A stretch of DNA of 31,783 nt, taken from a virus. Its lineage: Duplodnaviria; Caudoviricetes. Shown piece by piece: positions 17,648-26,141 of this stretch; position 1 is the stretch's first letter; each line of letters starts with the position of its first letter. The DNA is taken from positions 1 to 31,783 of IMG/VR virus record IMGVR_UViG_3300038314_001080, one strand, 5' to 3'. A program made the translations under genes and the position numbers. The notes below the pieces were generated by a model that was not told where the DNA came from, searched no databases, and saw only the letters and a list, made by a program, of their open reading frames with translations.

Positions 17648-17714
17648 AGGTTCATCCCCATGCCGTTCTTGGTTTGTCCCAAGTGACACATATGACAAGT
17701 AAGACAGTACAGTC

Positions 17715-18104
17715 TTACCAGTTAGTTGTATCTGTTACTCGTGAAACATGAACAAGTTGGACAACGACAGTATCTTGAGTTGTCACGGGGCGAACCATGT
17801 CAACCCTGTATTCAACTGAATCTATTGTTAACCTGTCATTCACAACGATTGTTACGTCATCACGAACTATTTTATCATCGTCACCTGTAAGTTCCATCCC
17901 CTGAGTTTCTTTCACAAGTTCAGATTGGATGTTATCACCGTCAACGACAGTAATCGCAGTTGCAGTATCCCACACAGTGACAGTTATATCTCCTTCATCA
18001 TTTTCTGTCACTGTTGCATCAGTGTATGTGTAAAGACTTGCAGCGTTACCAAACGTATTGATAAGGTTCCTTGCAGCAGTTCTCAGTGATGTGGATAATG
18101 TAAT
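17715..18104 (-). CDS. Head closure protein (SPP1 gp16-like), probably initiated at ATT
   Basis: VNDRLTIDSVEYRV motif; frame open 31 codons upstream of the tracked GTG to ATT 18104, 7 nt after GAGGTGA. Confidence 0.65.
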   Translation of the reverse strand: MTLSTSLRTAARNLINTFGNAASLYTYTDATVTENDEGDITVTVWDTATAITVVDGDNIQSELVKETQGMELTGDDDKIVRDDVTIVVNDRLTIDSVEYRVDMVRPVTTQDTVVVQLVHVSRVTDTTNW

Positions 18105-18126
18105 GGTAAACTCACCTCAGTATATT

Positions 18127-18474
18127 TCATTGTTCGCTATCATCCAAAATTATAGTCAAACCATCAAGTGAAACACCTGACATAACTGCTGCTTTCTTCG
18201 CTTCATCCATAAACGCTTGGTGCATAGTTCTAAGGTCTTTCGCACCAACAGATAATGAACCGATAGTCTTATTGACTGGATCCACTCCTCCCATAACTTG
18301 TGCAATAACCATAGCATCAGTTAATGGTCTTGCTATAGTATCATCAGATCCACCAGCAGCAGTTACAAATGCAGCAGCTCTGGCAATAATTGAAGTTACA
18401 GCAGTAGTTCCACCATCAGCTGCATCGTATATCTCACCAACGTCAGCACTCACCTGAGCTAAAGTTACCACCAC
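18127..18474 (-). CDS. Head-tail adaptor / connector
   Basis: GGAGG RBS before GTG 18474; VTLAQV N-terminus and KTIGSLSV; precedes the closure gene. Confidence 0.65.
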   Translation of the reverse strand: MVVTLAQVSADVGEIYDAADGGTTAVTSIIARAAAFVTAAGGSDDTIARPLTDAMVIAQVMGGVDPVNKTIGSLSVGAKDLRTMHQAFMDEAKKAAVMSGVSLDGLTIILDDSEQ

Positions 18475-18475
18475 C

Positions 18476-18643
18476 TTAATCCTCCTCCTTCTTCTGAACC
18501 CTGTCAAAGATGACAAGGTTAATTATATGTTTCAACATTATTGCTTCCTTATCTGTTATCTCGTAAGCCACTCCACCTTGCAGTTTCCCTACAGAGGGAT
18601 GGTTTACAGTTGTACCTTTCTGTATGTTAAGTACCCATTTCAT
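18476..18643 (-). CDS. Hypothetical protein, 55 aa (MKWVLNIQKG...QKKEED); not in ORF track
   Basis: Manual translation; GGAGG RBS; fills the intergenic gap. Confidence 0.65.
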   Translation of the reverse strand: MKWVLNIQKGTTVNHPSVGKLQGGVAYEITDKEAIMLKHIINLVIFDRVQKKEED

Positions 18644-18684
18644 TCCAATCAAGCCTCCTAGTCGTTTGTTACTTTAAATTCCAT

Positions 18685-18951
18685 TTAATTCCATATTTTA
18701 TTGATAATAATTGTGATGACACCACCAACCACAGTTGCTATTGCACCAAAGAAACCAATGACAGTTTTTGCTTTCTGTCTGAAGATTGTATTTTTTGTTA
18801 CATGGCCATTGATGTCATCAACTTTATCATGTAAACCTTCCATACTCTCTTTAAGGTATTCAATGTCTTTCTCCAGTAACTCCCGAATAAGTTTTATTTC
18901 ACCCACTGTAAATAAGGGACACCCCCTCTCCTTGTGTGAATGCGATTTCAT
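18685..18951 (-). CDS. Coiled-coil protein with C-terminal TM helix (XhlA/holin-like)
   Basis: Heptad pattern, INGHV motif, single C-terminal TM helix. Confidence 0.6.
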   Translation of the reverse strand: MKSHSHKERGCPLFTVGEIKLIRELLEKDIEYLKESMEGLHDKVDDINGHVTKNTIFRQKAKTVIGFFGAIATVVGGVITIIINKIWN

Positions 18952-18969
18952 TTGTCATGATAACCACAC

Positions 18970-19236
18970 TTATTCAGCTGGTGCTTCTTCTTCCTCTTTT
19001 GCTGCTGCTTCAGCTGCTGCGACTGCATCTCTTTCTGCCTTGAGTTTAGCTTTGTATTCTTCTTCAGGTAGAACACTCAGTTTATCCATCTCTGCTAATA
19101 AACTATCACACTTAACTATTTCAGCTTGAGCAGATGTTTTAATCCTTTCAACTTCTTCACGTTTATAGTGAATTACTCGTTCCTTTGTTACATTCTCTTT
19201 GCTTACCAGGAGATTGTTTTCTTTCTCATAAACCAT
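18970..19236 (-). CDS. Small acidic coiled-coil protein, possible fibre chaperone
   Basis: GGAGG RBS; directly follows the fibre gene. Confidence 0.6.
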   Translation of the reverse strand: MVYEKENNLLVSKENVTKERVIHYKREEVERIKTSAQAEIVKCDSLLAEMDKLSVLPEEEYKAKLKAERDAVAAAEAAAKEEEEAPAE

Positions 19237-19250
19237 TTTTATTATCCTCC

Positions 19251-21428
19251 TTATGCTATTACTCCACCATTATTACCAGTTACTACCCATCCTCCAGCAC
19301 CAGAATCAAAGTACATGTGACAACCAAGCCCTAATGGACTTGCTGCAAAAGTAATTTGGGTTCCACCAATCATGTTGGCTGGAGTGATTTTAACAGAATC
19401 TCCAGCGTTACCAACAGCAACAACTGCAAAGATTTTAATCTGTCCATCTTCACCATCTGCTAAGGTGACATTATCTAAATCAACATCTCCATTAGTGGTA
19501 ATCTCTGTCACTGTTGTTGTTATTGAAGCAGCCACCCCTTCGCCTGTTGCAGTAATTGCATCCGCCCTGTGAACTGTTGCCCCATCATATCTACATTTAC
19601 CTGCATCTACCCACAAAGCGTAGTTGCCAGTAGTTGCTGAAGCACCACCTGCCAACGAGGTTGCATCTTCAATATAAAGCGTTGAGGCTGTCGTTACTGT
19701 GAATGCGCCAGTAATAGTATTTTGAGAAAACTCATTAAATCTATGATTCATTCCAGTATTCCCCGAGATTGTTTGAGTGAATCCACGTATATCAAGGACA
19801 CGACGACTCATATTAGAACTCAAATTAGCTCTATCCACGACTAACATTCCTGAGTCAGATGGGTCGGCACCAATTCCAACCGTATCCCTTTCGGCATTTG
19901 TGCGAATAAGATTAGTAACATTATCTCCTTCAACCCTAAAATCAATATCTCTACCTTCACTGTTAAACACAACTTCCTCGCCTGGCTCGGCACTTATAAC
20001 ATGTTCCGTAAATCCTCCTCTTTCAATTCTGAACTGGCCATGACCACCTGGCGTTCCACCAGTGCCTTCACTCCCCAAATTAATAATAAAGTCGCCACCA
20101 CGACCAGCATTACCTGCGCCGTCACCATCACCGCCATCGCCAACAGTGAACTTTACATCACCGCCAGCTCCCCCAGTGCCGCCGCCAGCTCCTGCGGCGT
20201 TACTTCCATCTCCAAGAGTTACAGTCCACGTTGCGCCTTCCGTGCCATTCGTAGGAGAAGCCGCACCACCATTCTGGAATCTCCAATATAAATCATTACC
20301 ACTCGTGCCGCCTGCACCCGCAAAGCTTGAAGGACTACTTCCCCCAATATGAATCGTGTCTACAGTTCCTTCACTGAACACTAAAACGTTATCGCCAGCT
20401 TCGTCATAATCAAAACCCCAATCTTTATCTGTTCCAAAAGTCAACTGGATACCATCTAAGACATTGATCGTGCCCGTGTTAGTATCAATCACTGCGTCCG
20501 TTCCATTGTGATAAAGACGTAAATAACTGGAATTAGTTGTATCAACCAGTGCCAGGGTTGGATTAGTAATCCCATCGAATAGGCCCAAGTCATTATTGAG
20601 AATGGCACTGCTCCTTTGGTCGCCAATAGCAAAAACTGGCACATCTACCCCCCCTCCAGCATGGTCAGGTAAAGCCAGAATAAAAGCATTAGCATCAGCG
20701 TCGGCTGTCTCCCAGACAAGCCTTGCGTCAGCAGTATTTCCCCAGCTAAAAGTGACATCATTAAATACTCTCAAATCTGTTCCCCCTGGTGTAAAAATGA
20801 TATCTCCATTGTTTGTATCAATATACCCATCACTACCATTATGATAAAATCGTAAATAGTCCGCATTTGTTTGGTCAAGAATAGCAATAGTAGGATCAGT
20901 AATACCATTAAAAAGTGTTAAATCCGCGCTAACCATAGGCGTTCCTGCCTCACCAACCACCATTACAGGCACATTTATTGCATCACCTGCAGGAAGTTGA
21001 ATACAAAGAGAGTTAGCATTACCATCAGCAGTATTAAAAGCCATACGGACATCTGAAGTACTACCAAATTTTAGTTGTTGAGCATCATTTCCACGTAAGT
21101 GGCTCGCAAATAGGATGTCACCGTTCCCAGTATCAATAACACCATCAGCTTGATTGTGATAAAGACTAATCCAATCAGCAGTGTCTGTTGAATCTGCTGA
21201 ATGTATCCATAATCTTGGATTTGTGCTTGTTGCATGTCCCCAGTCAATATTTCTATCTTCAGAAATTATGATGTTTCTGCTTGGACCAAGAACTGCCAAA
21301 TTTAAATAGTGAGCGTCTGCATCAGCAGTTTCCCAACCAAGATAAACATCGTTACCACTACCATATCTATCTTCAACATCATCATCTCGCCGTTCAGGGA
21401 TTCTCTTTCCGTTAACATATATAGTCAT
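19251..21428 (-). CDS. Long fibre/spike protein with three ~100-aa repeats and a Gly-rich segment (head-fibre candidate)
   Basis: Repeated WETADADA, F[ND]GIT[DN]PT and YHNxxDxxIDT motifs; AGGTGA RBS; located in the head module. Confidence 0.7.
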   Translation of the reverse strand: MTIYVNGKRIPERRDDDVEDRYGSGNDVYLGWETADADAHYLNLAVLGPSRNIIISEDRNIDWGHATSTNPRLWIHSADSTDTADWISLYHNQADGVIDTGNGDILFASHLRGNDAQQLKFGSTSDVRMAFNTADGNANSLCIQLPAGDAINVPVMVVGEAGTPMVSADLTLFNGITDPTIAILDQTNADYLRFYHNGSDGYIDTNNGDIIFTPGGTDLRVFNDVTFSWGNTADARLVWETADADANAFILALPDHAGGGVDVPVFAIGDQRSSAILNNDLGLFDGITNPTLALVDTTNSSYLRLYHNGTDAVIDTNTGTINVLDGIQLTFGTDKDWGFDYDEAGDNVLVFSEGTVDTIHIGGSSPSSFAGAGGTSGNDLYWRFQNGGAASPTNGTEGATWTVTLGDGSNAAGAGGGTGGAGGDVKFTVGDGGDGDGAGNAGRGGDFIINLGSEGTGGTPGGHGQFRIERGGFTEHVISAEPGEEVVFNSEGRDIDFRVEGDNVTNLIRTNAERDTVGIGADPSDSGMLVVDRANLSSNMSRRVLDIRGFTQTISGNTGMNHRFNEFSQNTITGAFTVTTASTLYIEDATSLAGGASATTGNYALWVDAGKCRYDGATVHRADAITATGEGVAASITTTVTEITTNGDVDLDNVTLADGEDGQIKIFAVVAVGNAGDSVKITPANMIGGTQITFAASPLGLGCHMYFDSGAGGWVVTGNNGGVIA

Positions 21429-21429
21429 T

Positions 21430-22116
21430 CTAAATCACCTGCGTAACAATTCTTAACCCGTATGTGTTAGTATCAGTGTTAGCAAAGGCAACGTCAATTT
21501 CATCACCTGATTCAAATATTAATTCCTTGTCTGGAATATATACAATATCAGTCGCACTTGTTGCACTTGGGTCAATACTAAATAAGACAGTATCATACGC
21601 CGCACCATCATTTGCATTAAGTGTTACTGTTAAATTCTCACTTGTTGTTGGTGCTGCATCAAAATTGACAGTAATTCCAACTAACCTAAAATTATCTGCA
21701 ATAGTTGTACTTGTTGCAATTGCTCCTGCACCTGTTGCGTTAGTTACTGCAGGAGCAGGACCTAATGCTCCTGCTATAATATCTACTTGTGGATGTCCAG
21801 CTGCATCAATTAATGCGAATCCACTTGTAGAACTATCTGCAATATTAGTAGCCCAAACAGCTACATTATCAACGATAACATTACCATCAACAGTAAGTTC
21901 TGTATCAACCATTAACTTACCATCAGAAGTAAATTGCATGACAGCAGCGTCACCATCATCAAAAGTAACACCACCTACATTATATTGACCACCAACCATC
22001 ATGACGATTGGTAGTGTGTTTCCATCATTAAGAACTAAAGCACTATCAGACAAATGTAAGGAATTCCATAATAATTGATCGGTGCCCCACTTCTTCGTTG
22101 TTGCTACATAACCCAT
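21430..22116 (-). CDS. Virion structural / decoration protein (acidic, beta-rich)
   Basis: GGAGGT RBS; composition and position. Confidence 0.6.
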   Translation of the reverse strand: MGYVATTKKWGTDQLLWNSLHLSDSALVLNDGNTLPIVMMVGGQYNVGGVTFDDGDAAVMQFTSDGKLMVDTELTVDGNVIVDNVAVWATNIADSSTSGFALIDAAGHPQVDIIAGALGPAPAVTNATGAGAIATSTTIADNFRLVGITVNFDAAPTTSENLTVTLNANDGAAYDTVLFSIDPSATSATDIVYIPDKELIFESGDEIDVAFANTDTNTYGLRIVTQVI

Positions 22117-22187
22117 TTTCTACCTCCCCTTAATTTTTCATTAACGACCGCAAGACAGGGAAACTGCATGCCGTATAACATTAAATG

Positions 22188-22209
22188 AAGTGGTCATTTA
22201 AAACCACTT
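22188..22209 (-). promoter_or_regulatory. TATA-like box inside an inverted repeat (promoter/operator or hairpin)
   Basis: Minus strand AAGTGGT-TTTAAATG-ACCACTT; contains the AGTGGTTTTAAA motif. Confidence 0.5.
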
Positions 22210-22214
22210 TGTTT

Positions 22215-22580
22215 TTAACTCTTCTTTTTCGGCTTCTCAGCCAAACTTTCTCTCTTCCTTTTCTCTAAATCAGATTCAACCCATCTCTCTGTCCCATCTG
22301 GGAAACGTGAATAAATAATGTGTCCACTTTTAGTTTTCCCACTTTCAACAAAATTCTTACAACGAGCTAACATAGTTTGGTACATTCCAAGCACATGCTT
22401 GTTCTGTGACCTTTTCCACAAAGCTACTTTCTGTTGACAACCTTCGTCTGTAAGTAATCCAGGATTCTCTTTAATCACTTGCCATTGACCTTCCTGTAAG
22501 ATCAATGAACTTGCGTGTCTTTTCCCTGCCGTTGGTTCCAACGCTTTAGGGGTAATATCAACATAATCTACTTTTTCCAT
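22215..22580 (-). CDS. Hypothetical basic protein
   Basis: 121-aa ORF with GGAGATGA RBS. Confidence 0.7.
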   Translation of the reverse strand: MEKVDYVDITPKALEPTAGKRHASSLILQEGQWQVIKENPGLLTDEGCQQKVALWKRSQNKHVLGMYQTMLARCKNFVESGKTKSGHIIYSRFPDGTERWVESDLEKRKRESLAEKPKKKS

Positions 22581-22610
22581 TTCAAATCATCTCCGTTCAT
22601 TTGTTAAATT

Positions 22611-22628
22611 AAAAAAAAAATAAAATAA
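22611..22628 (-). terminator. Oligo-T terminator
   Basis: TTATTTTATTTTTTTTTT just after the stop at 22635. Confidence 0.55.
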
Positions 22629-22634
22629 GCCTCT

Positions 22635-23156
22635 TTAAGCTGCTACTTCTAATTTACTTTCATCCCCATCTGCGTCAAACTGTGAACAAATCCACTCTGT
22701 TGCACTGACACAAACACATCTAATTAAAGTTATAGCTGCTGCAACTGCTGATTCTACTCCTGCTCCAGTTCCACCATTGATCCCTACAGTTGCAGGGGCA
22801 CTGGACCTAATTTCAAATCCAGTTGATTCTCCTGAAGTCATTAACCATACAATATTACCTGGTGTTGGTGTTGGTAAAGTTAACCAAGTATTCGCATCTG
22901 CACCGTCTGTCACTACAACCATAGAAGTACCATCTGCAATAAGACCAGTTCCTGTCCCATCCACTGTAGGTACTCTTGATACAGCTGCACTTTGACAACC
23001 AACAGTTTGTGTGGTTGCTCCAGTTACAGCTAATGTGCTAGACAAAGTTGCTGCTCCTGTAACGGTTAATGTATCTGCAACAGTAAGGTCATCACTAACA
23101 TTGATAGTATCAGCTTTAACTACCTCTGAAGGTCCGCTTTGTAATCCGTCTTTCAT
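22635..23156 (-). CDS. Capsid decoration / short fibre protein (173 aa)
   Basis: GAGGTAAACAAA RBS before ATG 23156; LTVTGAATLSSTLAVTG beta repeats; follows the MCP gene. Confidence 0.65.
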   Translation of the reverse strand: MKDGLQSGPSEVVKADTINVSDDLTVADTLTVTGAATLSSTLAVTGATTQTVGCQSAAVSRVPTVDGTGTGLIADGTSMVVVTDGADANTWLTLPTPTPGNIVWLMTSGESTGFEIRSSAPATVGINGGTGAGVESAVAAAITLIRCVCVSATEWICSQFDADGDESKLEVAA

Positions 23157-23183
23157 TTTGTTTACCTCATGATATGTTTTCAT

Positions 23184-23201
23184 AAAAAAGAAAAGAAAAA
23201 A
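23184..23201 (-). terminator. Oligo-T terminator after the major capsid gene
   Basis: TTTTTTCTTTTCTTTTTT 11 nt downstream of the MCP stop. Confidence 0.6.
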
Positions 23202-23212
23202 TCTTTTCAAAT

Positions 23213-24091
23213 TTATGTAGTTGTAATCTCCGAAGTTGCGTTGTTCCTTAACCCGGAAACTGCTAATCTTTGCGTAATTACAACAAAACCACTATCACGA
23301 GCCACATCTGAATACCGCTCAACAGTTAATGGTCGCTTCTCAGCAATTACAAAAGCATGGTTAGCATCAATCATGTATGCTAATGTTGCAGTTACATTGT
23401 TGCTTACAACAACCTTCATTCCGTAGATTACTCCAACCAAACTCTTACTTGGGTCGTTCATCCCGGACTTGTCTGCTTCAACAAAGGTATCAATGTTCCG
23501 AAGATCATTAACAACTTCTACTCCGCAAATCAAGTGACTTGGTCGATAGTTGTTTGCTTCCAAGTTCTGCATAGCTTCAGTAATGTCGGTAATTGGTAGC
23601 GTTGCGTTTGCGTTAGCTACGTTGTTACCAGCTGCTGCTGATGCTGTGTTTAGAGCTGCAACGATTAAAGCTTCTTCATTGTCTGCAAATTCATATCCAG
23701 CTAACTCAGCATGGTATGATAACAAGTCAATGATTCCATCTTCCATCATTTCTTTTGTAACTCCAATTCTAGCTCCGTACTTAACTGGTGTTAAGGTTAG
23801 GCTAGTGAACTCAGTTTGAGTTATTGGAATTTCTGCTCCTTCCGCTACTTGTGGGCCGTCTAATTCATTATTAGCAGTGATTTCTGCTTGTAATGGTAGA
23901 ACTAATGTTCGCCCTGGTATTGCTGCTGGGCCAAAAACACGTGCAGCTAAGCCTCTTAAAACTAATTTTTTTCTTACCGCATTAATAACTTCGGGTAGAA
24001 GTGTTCGTGGGATAAGAAATGAAGTTGTTGCAGTGTTTGCTGTTGCACTTGCAAAATCTGCACTTCCTGTTCCTAATAATTGTGTTGGCAT
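23213..24091 (-). CDS. Major capsid protein, HK97 fold
   Basis: VAEGAEIP, KYGARIGVTKEMMED and GVIYGMKVVVS motifs; GGAGG RBS. Confidence 0.92.
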   Translation of the reverse strand: MPTQLLGTGSADFASATANTATTSFLIPRTLLPEVINAVRKKLVLRGLAARVFGPAAIPGRTLVLPLQAEITANNELDGPQVAEGAEIPITQTEFTSLTLTPVKYGARIGVTKEMMEDGIIDLLSYHAELAGYEFADNEEALIVAALNTASAAAGNNVANANATLPITDITEAMQNLEANNYRPSHLICGVEVVNDLRNIDTFVEADKSGMNDPSKSLVGVIYGMKVVVSNNVTATLAYMIDANHAFVIAEKRPLTVERYSDVARDSGFVVITQRLAVSGLRNNATSEITTT

Positions 24092-24105
24092 TTTTTCTTA
24101 TCCTC

Positions 24106-24552
24106 CTATTTAGACAGTTTCCAGATGATATGTTCAGTATCAGCTGATCCACCAGTTAATGCGTAACCGATTTTGTGAGCGAACTCATCTGCTACTGCTA
24201 CTTTGTTACTTGCTGCTTCATCTCCTTGGAGAAGTCCACCTGCTTCAACATCCTCATCAGTTTGATGTATAAATACACCTTCCATTGCTAATGCTCCGTA
24301 ACCATCCGCTGGGATGTCTTCTAATGCTACTCCAAGAATGGTTTGATAACCACTAGCGGAGTCTGTCATTGATTTTCCTTTAATTGCGTTTGCTGCGTAG
24401 GTATTCCTAGCAGAAGCCGCAGTCTGAGTCAAAACGTCGTCATTAGCGATTGAAAATACAAGGTCTCCTGCTTCAATAGCAGTCGTACCACTGTCATTCA
24501 GAATCGTTATGGAACGTCCTTCATCAGATAATACAAATCCTGTTTGTGCCAT
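24106..24552 (-). CDS. Capsid cement / decoration protein (DUF2190-like)
   Basis: IEAGDLV, LGVALEDI, KIGYALT; between scaffold and MCP. Confidence 0.7.
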   Translation of the reverse strand: MAQTGFVLSDEGRSITILNDSGTTAIEAGDLVFSIANDDVLTQTAASARNTYAANAIKGKSMTDSASGYQTILGVALEDIPADGYGALAMEGVFIHQTDEDVEAGGLLQGDEAASNKVAVADEFAHKIGYALTGGSADTEHIIWKLSK

Positions 24553-24569
24553 TTTTATCCTCCTATGTT

Positions 24570-25001
24570 TTATCGGACTCTTTCCCGAATTTCTGCGTTG
24601 AATTTAGCGTAAGCTTCTTTACTCATGGTAAAGTCTCCTGCTTCTTCAACAATTCCGGCTTCTGCTGGTTTTTCACTTTCAACCACACCAACAGATTCTG
24701 TCCTGCTTAATTTGGTTTCATATTCTAGGATAAGTTTCAACTTGTCCTCAGATTCCTTCATTAATCCTTCCTTCTCCAATTCCTTGTTGACTTTCAACAC
24801 GGATTCTACCAAGTCATTCTTTCTTGCATTTTTCAATGCGGTTAATTCTTCACGAAGTGATTTAATTTCTTCGCTTGTTAAACTTTCCTGAGCTGGAGCT
24901 TCCTCTGACTTCTCTTCAGATGGGGCTTCTTCCTTCTTCTCCTCTGCTGGAGCTTCTGGAGCTGCTTCAGGTTCTACTTTAGGTTGTTCTTCTTCAGCCA
25001 T
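24570..25001 (-). CDS. Nested scaffolding protein (143 aa) from an internal start
   Basis: Internal GAGGTAAATAAAATG, nearly identical to the RBS/start at 23156. Confidence 0.6.
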   Translation of the reverse strand: MAEEEQPKVEPEAAPEAPAEEKKEEAPSEEKSEEAPAQESLTSEEIKSLREELTALKNARKNDLVESVLKVNKELEKEGLMKESEDKLKLILEYETKLSRTESVGVVESEKPAEAGIVEEAGDFTMSKEAYAKFNAEIRERVR

Positions 25002-25694
25002 TTTATTTACCTCATGTTGTTTTAATTCTTTCACGTCCCCATCAGAGGACTCTTTCAAGTCAAACGATTCAGCGATAGCATAATCAATGGATGCAGTTTT
25101 AACACCCTGAAAACCAACAAGACCAACGCCATCAATTTCCAATCCTTCTACAAGATATACACCTTCTTCTCTGGTAATCTTCTTTGCACTTGCGTGGATC
25201 GAAGGCCCAACAAATCCATCCCGTACACTTTCAACAACATCAGGGTGACGGGCAGTGTTTCTTATTTTTCCTTCATGGAATAAGTTTTTGCCTGATTGAT
25301 TCAATTCTCCAGTCCCAACAATATGTTCTTCAACACCATCATCGTCGGGATGACCAAACAACCATTTAAACTTCCTCCCATGATTCTCTTGAAGGTTTTT
25401 GAATGTATATTTGTTCTTATTTCGGCTTACGCCTTCAGTTAAGGCAATACCGCCTATTTTTAACCATTTCCCTTGTTTGTTTTCTCCAGACTCTTTAATT
25501 TCATAGTTTGGAGTGAAATTCAGTTTAACATTTTCAATAATAGTCATTTTTGATTCCTCCTTATTTTTCTTAAAGAAGAGTACTCTTGCTGCAACAATGG
25601 CTTTTTCAGCAGTTAATTTAGGGTCTTTACTCATTAAAGTCCGTGCAATGTCTGCAATTGCTTTTTTTACTTTTGCGTTAGGTGTTTGTGCCAT
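24570..25694 (-). CDS. Prohead maturation protease with fused C-terminal scaffold
   Basis: SRNKNKYT, FGH (His), GPSI (Ser), then an acidic linker and coiled coil; start at MAQTP coupled to the upstream stop. Confidence 0.8.
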   Translation of the reverse strand: MAQTPNAKVKKAIADIARTLMSKDPKLTAEKAIVAARVLFFKKNKEESKMTIIENVKLNFTPNYEIKESGENKQGKWLKIGGIALTEGVSRNKNKYTFKNLQENHGRKFKWLFGHPDDDGVEEHIVGTGELNQSGKNLFHEGKIRNTARHPDVVESVRDGFVGPSIHASAKKITREEGVYLVEGLEIDGVGLVGFQGVKTASIDYAIAESFDLKESSDGDVKELKQHEVNKMAEEEQPKVEPEAAPEAPAEEKKEEAPSEEKSEEAPAQESLTSEEIKSLREELTALKNARKNDLVESVLKVNKELEKEGLMKESEDKLKLILEYETKLSRTESVGVVESEKPAEAGIVEEAGDFTMSKEAYAKFNAEIRERVR

Positions 25695-25695
25695 T

Positions 25696-25965
25696 TTACC
25701 AATTCTTCTCCAATTGACCAATCTTCTCTCCAGTCAGTCTAAATTCAGGAACAATGTTGATTATTGATGCTGCTCGGATAACATCTTCCTTTGTGCTTGA
25801 ACGATTCCATAATGGTTCGTTCCTCGTAAGTATATCGTCAGGTTTCATATTCTGAAACGTCTTACGGTTAATTCTACTCGGCCCATTCACACAAATGTAA
25901 TCTTTATTGTCATACCTGTCTGGAACACTGTGACGTTCACGACATACGGGACAACGGAACATCAT
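25696..25965 (-). CDS. Small protein with N-terminal CxxC zinc motif
   Basis: CPVC...YIC; GAGGT RBS; ATGA overlap. Confidence 0.65.
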   Translation of the reverse strand: MMFRCPVCRERHSVPDRYDNKDYICVNGPSRINRKTFQNMKPDDILTRNEPLWNRSSTKEDVIRAASIINIVPEFRLTGEKIGQLEKNW

Positions 25966-26141
25966 ATTGTGTACCTCTCAACCAGATGGTATCTCTTTGG
26001 TTTCTGATCTTCCTTATCTACATATTCAGCTACTTGTTCCCCTTTCTCACCAATTACCTCCATGATGATTGGTCTTGGCTTAGACCCACGAGATATTGAT
26101 TTCATCGCTTCAAGCATTTTCTTTGGAGCTTTTGGAATCAT
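25962..26141 (-). CDS. Hypothetical protein, 59 aa (MIPKAPKK...VERYTI); not in ORF track
   Basis: Manual translation; ATGA overlaps at both ends. Confidence 0.65.
   Translation of the reverse strand: MIPKAPKKMLEAMKSISRGSKPRPIIMEVIGEKGEQVAEYVDKEDQKPKRYHLVERYTI

Noticed and set aside
20040-20345. Collagen-like repeat in the fibre
   Set aside because: Gly-rich, but lacks a sustained G-X-Y triplet register
23157-23210. N-terminal MKRFFLFFF extension that looks like a signal peptide
   Set aside because: It is the translated T-tract terminator; a strong RBS precedes ATG 23156
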